A stretch of 64,000 nt of DNA from Candidatus Omnitrophota bacterium (GTDB lineage: Bacteria; Omnitrophota; Gorgyraeia; Gygaellales; Profunditerraquicolaceae), in assembly GCA_030693145.1 (NCBI GenBank), contig JAUYBI010000068.1, positions 16,374-80,373 of the forward strand. The letters are read 5' to 3'. Numbering within the stretch: position 1 is the stretch's first letter; each line of letters starts with the position of its first letter. Under the pieces are notes generated by a model, which saw only the letters and a list, made by a program, of their open reading frames with translations, did no database searches and was not told where the DNA came from. Shown in pieces: positions 52,015-60,026 of the stretch. The translations under genes and the position numbers were made by a program.

Positions 52015-53486
52015 CTGACGGCACGGCCGCCGTAATCGATGTCCCGACCCGCACTCGTGAACGCCGCGTAGTAGCGGTCAGAGGCGCGAGCGTACGTCGC
52101 AGCATTGCCCCAACTGCCGCCGCGATAGCCAGCACCAACCGCATCTGTAACAGGCCAATTAGTAACATTGGCATTTCCTGTTCCGTCTAACGCGCCGTCT
52201 CCATTTAAACCCGTAAAAGCCCTGCCTGTAGTATTCCCTACGGTAACCGGCCTCTCCCAGAGATTTCCGGAAAGTTCCATTACACCATAATAGCCTGCCC
52301 CACTGGTTACCCTTGTACTTGAACCAGTAGCGAATATACCGCATCTTAAAGGGCCTGTTCCCGCGTCCCCGCCGATAAAAGTTGTGTTATTATAAGCGCA
52401 ATTTGCCCCGGCGTTGGTAATTGTCTCGGTGCCGTTTTCTGCGCCGGATATGTCTCGAGCCGCGGTAATGCTTGTGCTCCCCCAGGCGTATTCATTGGGC
52501 GTAGAGACAGAATCTCCTCTGGCTGCCTTTTCAAATTCTAACTCTGTGAAAGGCCTTAAGGCCGCCCAATCAAAATAAGCGGTTACATCCGCCCAGGAAA
52601 TAAAATTGCACGCCCTGTCCGGACGGGACGCGGAATAATTCGGGTAGGTGCCGGAAATAGTATGGCGGTAAGTAGTTTGAGCCGGATATCTGGTTGTGGC
52701 TTGCGCTGAGGTAATGGTGTTTAAAAAATCCGCGTATTGGCCTTGGGAGATTTCGTATTTCATCATATAGAATGCCGCGTATCCTTTGGGGAATGCCACC
52801 GGGATTGGCCCGGCCTGGTCGCCGCCGTAAGTGCTTAACGCATAATAGAGATTACCGGCTGTTGTCCCTACGGTAATCTCGTTTTCTGAAGCTATTAAAT
52901 AGGCATTCGTGGTTGTGGGATAGGTATAGAATGCTGACGTCTCAGTTCCACCCGAACCTACATAGAAAGCGCTGGTAGGAATATAGACCATCTCTATGGC
53001 AAATACCTTTACCCGCACAGTACTTGTGCTGATAACGCCATCCGCGCCATAATCCCAAACAAATTGGATAGAACTTGTGGAAACGCTTCCTGCACCATTA
53101 GCCGAACGCTGCAGAAAAACGCCTTTTTTATCCGCGGGCACAATAATATCCAGAGCCGTACCTGAGCCCTGAGAAAAACCCGCAGGATTTGTACCTGAGG
53201 TTTTAAGCGTAGCGTGATTCCAACTTACTCCTGCGTTTGTGGAATATTTGATAAATACCCAGGCCGCGTCATAATTAGCAGCCGTTCTCCAGGAGTTATC
53301 CCAGGAAATATTAAACTGTACTGCTGCCGTCACTTGGCCTAAAGATACATTGCCTAGAGAAACAGTTGAAACGTTAAGATTATTCGCTTCTGCCTTATCT
53401 ATCAGAAGGCAAAAGACAAAAGACAAAAGACAAACAGAAAATAAAAACAAACAATATTTACATCCCTGCCGGCTATTTTTTTTCAT
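52002..53486 (-). CDS. DGR target: secreted protein with C-terminal FGE-sulfatase/C-type-lectin-fold domain
   Basis: Signal peptide (..AEA), MKYEISQGQY, ISWAD, TELEFEKAARG, YAWG, GVMELSGNLWE, RGGSW..., GGRAVR; VR at the C-terminus. Confidence 0.93.
   Translation of the reverse strand: MKKNSRQGCKYCLFLFSVCLLSFVFCLLIDKAEANNLNVSTVSLGNVSLGQVTAAVQFNISWDNSWRTAANYDAAWVFIKYSTNAGVSWNHATLKTSGTNPAGFSQGSGTALDIIVPADKKGVFLQRSANGAGSVSTSSIQFVWDYGADGVISTSTVRVKVFAIEMVYIPTSAFYVGSGGTETSAFYTYPTTTNAYLIASENEITVGTTAGNLYYALSTYGGDQAGPIPVAFPKGYAAFYMMKYEISQGQYADFLNTITSAQATTRYPAQTTYRHTISGTYPNYSASRPDRACNFISWADVTAYFDWAALRPFTELEFEKAARGDSVSTPNEYAWGSTSITAARDISGAENGTETITNAGANCAYNNTTFIGGDAGTGPLRCGIFATGSSTRVTSGAGYYGVMELSGNLWERPVTVGNTTGRAFTGLNGDGALDGTGNANVTNWPVTDAVGAGYRGGSWGNAATYARASDRYYAAFTSAGRDIDYGGRAVRTSP
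52008..52135 (-). repeat. DGR variable repeat (VR)
   Basis: Encodes YRGGSWGNAATYARASDRYYAAFTSAGRDIDYGGRAVRTS versus TR NRGGNWNNAATNARASDRNNAANTNANRNNNNGGRAVKTS. Confidence 0.96.
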
Positions 53487-53540
53487 CGCTACTTCCCTCC
53501 TTCTAATCTCTTAGAACTTATAAAATAAAACTCCACGACT

Positions 53541-53714
<174 letters not shown>

Positions 53715-53729
53715 ACCATTGTCTCCATT

Positions 53730-53760
53730 AAAAAATCCCCAGCAGGTTATGCCGGGGATA
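53730..53760 (-). terminator. Terminator hairpin, probable riboswitch expression platform
   Basis: Minus strand ATCCCCGGCA-TAACC-TGCTGGGGAT-TTTTT immediately after the aptamer. Confidence 0.7.
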
Positions 53761-53782
53761 ATTCCCTAAAAAACTTTTTTCA

Positions 53783-53862
53783 CTTCGGCAGTCTGCCTTT
53801 CCGCTTTCGCGGAAGCATAACTTTGCGTCCTCCGATTACCCGGAGTTTGCCTTTTCGGTTCC
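53783..53862 (-). ncRNA. Cyclic di-GMP-I (GEMM) riboswitch
   Basis: Minus strand AAGGCAAA-CTCCGG-GTAA-TCGGAG-GACGCAAAG...CTGCCGA matches the GEMM consensus (GGCAAAC, GNRA loop, GACGCAAAG, YTRCCG). Confidence 0.88.
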
Positions 53863-53884
53863 ATTCCTGCTTTTTCTATATATA

Positions 53885-53912
53885 AGTATAACATAAATTT
53901 TATTCCTTTCAA
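53885..53912 (-). promoter_or_regulatory. Sigma70-type promoter for the riboswitch/DGR operon
   Basis: TTGAAA-16 nt-TATACT with extended TGn, ~25 nt upstream of the aptamer. Confidence 0.6.
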
Positions 53913-53937
53913 GCTCCGCACATTTTTGACATTATAT

Positions 53938-54029
53938 TAAACTCTGCTGACTTTTATTAATTATCAATTATAGTAGGGGAGGTTTAAACCTCCCCTACTA
54001 TTAAAAGTCAACAAGGTTTGTTACACTGT
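53938..54029 (+). repeat. Right copy of the island-bracketing direct repeat, containing the family A palindrome 53970-54001
   Basis: Matches 41508-41592 and, more weakly, 7133-7216. Confidence 0.85.
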
Positions 54030-54409
54030 AGCATTTTTTTGAATACATAGCGTTAACAGATGCGTAATACCAGACTGTACTTATGTATTTTATTTTAACA
54101 GGTCATGATATTAATTGCAATAAAAATCTTTCTACAATCTGCAAAAATTTTTTAACAAACTTTCTGAAAAACTACCCAAAGCTAAACCAGAGGTCTCTGA
54201 TTGCATAGATTTTAAAAAGCTTGAACAGATTGTCCGCTATTGTCTTAATCTGTGTATCCTACCTTTTAATATGCTCATACCGCAAAAAATAATTCCCAAC
54301 AAGATAGAATATGCCTGTGCGTATTACCTGCTTTCGAGGGTATTCCCGTATTATTCTATTAGCTGTAAAACTCCTTTAATTCCAAGCAGTTACATGTTGA
54401 ATGTAATAT

Positions 54410-54667
54410 TTACCTATAAACTTCTCTTCTATGATCAATTCTAATTATGCCGATATATTTTTCTGTCTTTGAAAAGGAATATATTACTCTGTAATCACCA
54501 ATGCGATATGCATAGCAACCCTTGAATTCTGCCTGTAAGGGTTTACCTATAAGGGGGTCGCTGGCAATATACTCTAATGCTGAAGCAACCCTTTCTTTAA
54601 GTTTTTTATCTTTGAGTTTTTGGAATTGACCTGAGGAGATATTCGAAAATCTGATAGGATAGCTCAT
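54410..54667 (-). CDS. RelE/ParE family toxin
   Basis: DP.IGKPL.., YRIGDYRVIY, HRREVYR; start at ATG 54667 just after the antitoxin stop. Confidence 0.88.
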   Translation of the reverse strand: MSYPIRFSNISSGQFQKLKDKKLKERVASALEYIASDPLIGKPLQAEFKGCYAYRIGDYRVIYSFSKTEKYIGIIRIDHRREVYR

Positions 54668-54668
54668 A

Positions 54669-54938
54669 TTAATTTCTTTGCGGCCGGCCCACCACTTCTT
54701 TAAAGCTTTTAGTTTTACCAAGGCTTAATTCTCTTTTTGCCTTTCTAATTTCTCCCAAAGCTTTTCTATCAGACATTATTTCTAAAGTTTCAAGCCACCC
54801 TTCAAATTCATCAGCATTCATTACTACTGCTGCCGGCTTTCCCCGCTTAGTTATTATAAATCTTTCCAGCCTTTTGTCAGAGTTTCTAATCAGCTCTAAA
54901 AAATGCGCCTTTGCTTCGGTAACAGTTAATGTAGTCAT
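54669..54938 (-). CDS. Phd/YefM family antitoxin
   Basis: TVTEAKAHF, ITKRGKPAAVVM, ETLEIMSD. Confidence 0.92.
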   Translation of the reverse strand: MTTLTVTEAKAHFLELIRNSDKRLERFIITKRGKPAAVVMNADEFEGWLETLEIMSDRKALGEIRKAKRELSLGKTKSFKEVVGRPQRN

Positions 54939-55039
54939 ATCTTTACCTCCCTAAATATTTCTCTTTTTACCATTTAAAGTATAAATCATAATTCTAAACT
55001 TGTCAAGGACAAAATGACTATTTTTATGACTATAAAGGA

Positions 55040-55130
55040 GATCATTCCTATCATCCGCAATGACATCGCCATTTTGGGCGCCCACGAGGGGCGCCCCTAC
55101 GATTGCGATCACACCATGCAAATGATTCGG
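55040..55130. repeat. 91-bp duplicate of an internal segment of the Y1 transposase gene (55450-55540)
   Basis: Direct repeat with one mismatch; contains the REP gggcgcccacgaggggcgcccctac. Confidence 0.9.
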
Positions 55131-55198
55131 TAATTCCGGGCACCATGCAGGTAATTCCGGGGACACATTACTTAATTATTTTACCAATTCAAGTAAGT

Positions 55199-55822
55199 TC
55201 AAGTTTTTGTTTCTGAGGCATAATATTCATCCTCTTCCCATTTTACCGGATTATTAACGATATATTCCCGAATACGATTTAAATCGTTATCATTGCGGAT
55301 AACATGTTCATAATAATTGCGCTGCCAGAAATATTCGTCAAACGGTAACCAATTTTCATTTTTGACATTTCGAATATATTCATTTGTGGTAATTGATTTA
55401 AACGCGCCAATAATATCTCCCAACGTAGGGGCAACCCTCGTGGTTGCCCGATCATTCCTATCATCCGCAATGACATCGCCATTTTGGGCGCCCACGAGGG
55501 GCGCCCCTACGATTACGATCACACCATGCAAATGATTCGGCATTACGATAAATTCATCCAATTCAATAAATTGAAACCGTTGTTGCAATTTATTCCAGCT
55601 GTCTTCAACCATTATACCCACACCATTTAACATTATTTTCCCGCCATCAATATCACCAAATAAATTCCGGCGTTCATTTACGCATACCGTCACAAAATAA
55701 TACCCTGCCTGCGAATAATCATAACCCGCCAAACGAATCGACCTGCGATTCCTATTATCAAAACCTACGCGCATTATTTTTTCCAATTCACGTAGGGGCA
55801 ACCCTTGTGGTTGCCCCATCAC
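55199..55822 (-). mobile_element. REP-associated tyrosine (Y1 HUH) transposase, RAYT/IS200-like
   Basis: RRSIRL.GYDYS..GYYFVT.C, VMPNHLHG (HUH), WQRNYYEHVIR, YI.NNP; GTAG REPs at 55425, ~55486-55510 and 55792; true start probably 55774. Confidence 0.92.
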
Positions 55823-55830
55823 CGTCCCCT

Positions 55831-57879
55831 TTATTTTAAAATCTCCTGCGCGGCCCCAAGCACATCCTCAACAGTGGTGGCTTTAAGACAAGCAAAATCT
55901 TTCTGGCAATTGTGCGCCAGGCAGGTAGTGCAACCTACGGTTTTATACAAAACCCTGTTCTTTTCTCCTAATGGGCCCCAGCGCCGCGGGCTCAGACCGG
56001 CTTGACTGCGCCCAAAAATCGCAATCACCGGTACACCTAAGGCTGAGGCCATATGTATCGGCCCGGAATCCGTAGAAATAAACAACCGGCATCTTCGTAA
56101 TAAGCTGGCTAACTGGCTAACGGAAGTCTTTCCCGCCAAGTTCAGCGCTTGGATGCGCATATTTTTAATCATCTCCTGGGCCTTTTGCATATCTTTCGGC
56201 CCGGAAACAACGATAACCTTAAAACCATGCTTCTGGGCAAGCCTATCCGCGGCTTGGGCAAATCTTTCCCCGGGCCAAATCTTGGAAGGACAGCTTGCCG
56301 CCGGATGAATTACCAGGAGCTGATCGCTATCCTTAATTCCGGTTTGGCTAAACAAATCATCCACCCATCTTTCAGATTCTTGTTTGATCGGCATAAATAA
56401 GGTTTCATCGACAGGCGCAATTCCCAAATACCTTATTAAATCCAAAGCATACTCTGATTCATGTTTTTGCCCATACTGTTTAGTATGTTTAATCCTATCG
56501 GTAAGCAGAAATCCAAATTTACGATCATAACCTAAGCGTTTAGGTATCCCGGCCAGAAAAGTTAGTAAATGCAGGCGGATAGTAGGATGTAAAACTATCG
56601 CCAAATCAAATTTCTTTTTCCTCAAGAACCAGGCGAACTTAAGCGCAGCCAGCCAACCCTTATTTTTTGCGTCTTTATCAAAAATTATTACTTCATCTAA
56701 ATCCGGATTACCCTCGAGCACATCTTTAGCGTAAGGAGAAACCAGCATACAGATATAACCTTGAGGGAATTTTTGCCTTAAAGCTTTAATCACCGGCGTA
56801 GATAAAAGCACATCCCCTAAGCGGTCAGTACGCGTAATAAGAATCCGGTGATATAAAATCCCGGGGACGGTTCTCTTTTTATCCTCTATACTCTGAAAAA
56901 AAGAACCGTCCCCTTTATTCGCAAGTAATGATTCGATCTGTCTGAGTACATCCGCCGGTTTAATCGCCTTTAAGCATGCCAAACTCCCGAAACGGCACTG
57001 GGCTTTTTCACAGGGCCGGCAGAAGATATCTTTCTTGACTACGGCGCTTCTTTCTGACCATGGGCCATATTTTTTTTCATCAGTAGGCCCGAAGATGGCC
57101 ACCACCGGCACATGCAAATAGCTGGCTAAGTGCATGGCCGCGCTATCATTAGTAATTAAAAGCTGCGAACTTTTAAGTAATTGCGCCAGTTGGCTAAGAT
57201 TAGTTTTAGCGCAAAGATTAATGATCTTTTGATCGCCAACAGTTTGAAGATAATTGCATACCGGCTGATCCAGCGGATCACCAACCAGGACAATCTGGTG
57301 GCCGGCCTTAACCAGCTGACAGCAAAGCTGGCTAAAATTTTGTTTATCCCAGCATTTAACCCGGCTTCTGGAGCCGGGCGCAATCACAATTAATTTAGCG
57401 CCATTGGCTAAATTCTGCCCGCTTAAAATGCCCCGGATATAATCAACATCCTGAGAAGTAATATTTAATGACTGATATTGTTTATTTTTCTTGGAATATT
57501 CGAAAAGATTAGCCCAAAAAAGATGTTTTTCCTTCATGTGTTTAATCTTGGAGGGAATCCGGCGCAAGGGGCTAAAAAACAGGCTTTTTTTTCTAACGGG
57601 CAGAAGGGCGCCAAAAAAACTATTGCGCAAATCCACCACCAGGTCGAAGTTTGCCTTGCTTAAAGCAAAAAACAATTTTAGCTTAGCGATTAACTTGGCG
57701 TGCTTATCAAAAATAATTACATCTTTGACTGCGGGATTATGCAGAAAGATTTCCTTCGGGCGCGGAGGCACCAGGCAGGTAATCGCCGCATCCGGATATT
57801 TTTGGCGCAAGAAATCCAGGACCGGTAGAGTTAAAATACAGTCACCGATATTGCTTAAGGTTATAAAAAGAATTTTCAT
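55831..57879 (-). CDS. Tandem GT9-GT9 heptosyltransferase fusion (WaaF-like)
   Basis: Two complete GT9 units (LSNIGD..NDSAAMH..FGPT; TDRLGD..TDSGPIH..FG). Confidence 0.88.
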   Translation of the reverse strand: MKILFITLSNIGDCILTLPVLDFLRQKYPDAAITCLVPPRPKEIFLHNPAVKDVIIFDKHAKLIAKLKLFFALSKANFDLVVDLRNSFFGALLPVRKKSLFFSPLRRIPSKIKHMKEKHLFWANLFEYSKKNKQYQSLNITSQDVDYIRGILSGQNLANGAKLIVIAPGSRSRVKCWDKQNFSQLCCQLVKAGHQIVLVGDPLDQPVCNYLQTVGDQKIINLCAKTNLSQLAQLLKSSQLLITNDSAAMHLASYLHVPVVAIFGPTDEKKYGPWSERSAVVKKDIFCRPCEKAQCRFGSLACLKAIKPADVLRQIESLLANKGDGSFFQSIEDKKRTVPGILYHRILITRTDRLGDVLLSTPVIKALRQKFPQGYICMLVSPYAKDVLEGNPDLDEVIIFDKDAKNKGWLAALKFAWFLRKKKFDLAIVLHPTIRLHLLTFLAGIPKRLGYDRKFGFLLTDRIKHTKQYGQKHESEYALDLIRYLGIAPVDETLFMPIKQESERWVDDLFSQTGIKDSDQLLVIHPAASCPSKIWPGERFAQAADRLAQKHGFKVIVVSGPKDMQKAQEMIKNMRIQALNLAGKTSVSQLASLLRRCRLFISTDSGPIHMASALGVPVIAIFGRSQAGLSPRRWGPLGEKNRVLYKTVGCTTCLAHNCQKDFACLKATTVEDVLGAAQEILK
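56863..56913. repeat. Family D palindrome in frame within the GT9-GT9 linker
   Basis: ggggacggttc...gaaccgtcccc, 51 bp, encodes GDGSFFQSIEDKKRTVP. Confidence 0.8.
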
Positions 57880-58913
57880 CTTTGGGTTATCTTCTTAGCT
57901 TGCGCTAAAACATCATCCGGGGTAACTACCTGCATACAACGATTATCCGGGCAATTCACTTTATAGCAGGGTATCCGGCAGCCGATATCTTTCTGCAGGA
58001 TAACCACATTCACAGACGGATACGGCCCGGTGATCCTTTGAGCTGTCGGGCCGAAAATGGCAATTATTTTTTTGGCCCCCACGGCATTAGCAATGTGCAG
58101 CGGCCCGGTATCGGAACTGATAAACAATTCAACTTTTTTGGCTAATGCCCCTAACTGTTTAATGTTAAAAACCCCGCAGGCAATTAATGGGGACTCCTTC
58201 ATCGCATCCTTAATTTTACCGGCCAACAATAAATCCGAGATACTGCCGGTAATAATTACTTTGGCGCCGGTTTGGCTGATTAATTTATCCGCCAATTGCG
58301 CCCAATAATCCGGAGGCCAGCGTTTAGGCATCCAGTTGCCTCCGGGATTAATGGCGACTATAAAATCATGGGTTTTGAGTAAATTTTTTTTGAAGAAATT
58401 ATCAACGTGCTCTTCATCCTCCGGGGTAAATGAGAAATCTAAATACCTATCCTCAACACGCAGGCCCGCCTTTTCAATCACATTCAAATAATAATCTATG
58501 CGGTGCAGAGAATCTTTTTTAGGAGGAGTTATCTTTTTAGTCAAAAGGAATGCGCGCTTCTTAGTGCAGTGGCCAATCCTTTCTTTAATTCCGGCGAGCC
58601 GACAGATCAGCGCGCGGCTAAATGATTGGTGCAGTAAAAACACCATATCAAACTTTTTTTTCTTAAGCAGGCTGACAAAATTAAGTTTTTCCAGCACCCC
58701 TTTATGCCTATCCTTGTCGTCAAAAATAATCACCTCGTCCAAATAAGGATTGCCTTTTAATATGGGATAACAGCGGCTGGGAATTACGCAGGCAATATAA
58801 CTATCCGGATAATTTCTGCGGACATTCCTAATGGTGGCGCTGGAGAATAAAACATCCCCTAACCAGTTGACGTTAAAAATAAGGATGCGTTTGGCCTGGA
58901 ATTTTTCGCTCAT
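57876..58913 (-). CDS. waaF: Lipopolysaccharide heptosyltransferase II (GT9)
   Basis: NWLGDV, PG..W.PKRWP, DTGPLHIA, FGPT. Confidence 0.85.
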   Translation of the reverse strand: MSEKFQAKRILIFNVNWLGDVLFSSATIRNVRRNYPDSYIACVIPSRCYPILKGNPYLDEVIIFDDKDRHKGVLEKLNFVSLLKKKKFDMVFLLHQSFSRALICRLAGIKERIGHCTKKRAFLLTKKITPPKKDSLHRIDYYLNVIEKAGLRVEDRYLDFSFTPEDEEHVDNFFKKNLLKTHDFIVAINPGGNWMPKRWPPDYWAQLADKLISQTGAKVIITGSISDLLLAGKIKDAMKESPLIACGVFNIKQLGALAKKVELFISSDTGPLHIANAVGAKKIIAIFGPTAQRITGPYPSVNVVILQKDIGCRIPCYKVNCPDNRCMQVVTPDDVLAQAKKITQR

Positions 58914-60026
58914 TTATACTATTGCCTCTTTAATAAATTGCTGATAAACTTTTTCGGTTTTATCCACCATCTCTTCTTTAGAAAAATTAGCGATAATAAA
59001 TTTACGGGCCTGAGCGCCTAAATTACCCCGTAGCCGGGAATCATTAAGTAAAGTAATAATTGCCTGCGCCAGAGCCGGCGCATCCGCCGGCGCAACTAAT
59101 AAACCATTCAGTTTATCCTGAATCAAGGTTTTGATCCCGCCTACGGCTGAACCCACCACGGCAATTCCCTGCGCCATTGCCTCCATCAACGCTAACCCTA
59201 AACCCTCCTGCAATGAAGGCATGACAAAAACATCCATTGCCGCCAGCAGGTCTTTAGTATTTTTAGCTTCCGGGATAAATACAACACTTCCCCCTAACCC
59301 TAAATCCCGGGTTTCTTTAATCAACGCGCCTTTAGCCTTACCCTTACCGATAATCAGCAGCCTGGCTCCGGGAAAGTTTTTGATAACTTCCTGCATCGCC
59401 TGAAGAAGATAAGTGTGGCCTTTAACATCAGATAAACGGGCAATAATCCCCACTAAAAAATCCGCCTGCCCGCCCCACTCCCGGCGCATACTCTCCCTTG
59501 CCGAAAAATCCCCGAAATTATTAGTATCGATGCCGTTATTGATTACGCTGACCTTAAATTCATCCAGCTTAAAATCGATAATTAAATGCTCCTTTACCTC
59601 CCGGCTGATCGCAATTACTTTTTGGCCCCAGCAGCCAAAAATCCGGCGTGAAAATTTAGGCTTAAAAAAACCGTGACAGGTAAAAATGTGCGGCTTAGCT
59701 GACACCCGGCCTAATAAATCACCCAAAACTTGCGTCGTACGGCTATGCGAATGAATTAAATCAATATTAAATTCCCGTATAACTTTCTTTAGCTTCCAAA
59801 AGCTAAAAAATATCTTCGGGCTAATCTCATTCTTGGTGGCCAGGGGCGATGGAATAAGCGTTATTCCTGCCCGGATAAATTTATCCTCTAATTCTCCGCC
59901 GCTGGAAGCCAAATAAACCTGATGGCCTTTTTGTTTTAATCCACTGGCCAAAGTAAACAGGTAACTGGAAATCCCCCCCACATTAAGATGATTAGCAATA
60001 AAAAGCACCTTCATTTGCCTGGTCAT
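58914..60026 (-). CDS. GT4 family glycosyltransferase
   Basis: HSHSR, ARL..VKGH, EGLGLALMEAMA.G. Confidence 0.9.
   Translation of the reverse strand: MTRQMKVLFIANHLNVGGISSYLFTLASGLKQKGHQVYLASSGGELEDKFIRAGITLIPSPLATKNEISPKIFFSFWKLKKVIREFNIDLIHSHSRTTQVLGDLLGRVSAKPHIFTCHGFFKPKFSRRIFGCWGQKVIAISREVKEHLIIDFKLDEFKVSVINNGIDTNNFGDFSARESMRREWGGQADFLVGIIARLSDVKGHTYLLQAMQEVIKNFPGARLLIIGKGKAKGALIKETRDLGLGGSVVFIPEAKNTKDLLAAMDVFVMPSLQEGLGLALMEAMAQGIAVVGSAVGGIKTLIQDKLNGLLVAPADAPALAQAIITLLNDSRLRGNLGAQARKFIIANFSKEEMVDKTEKVYQQFIKEAIV

Noticed and set aside
54030-54400. AT-rich gap as a gene or pseudogene
   Set aside because: No ORF in the supplied track and no recognisable motif; a call cannot be supported
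54951-55166. 71-aa ORF resembling the transposase
   Set aside because: It results from the 91-bp duplicated RAYT fragment and is not an independent gene
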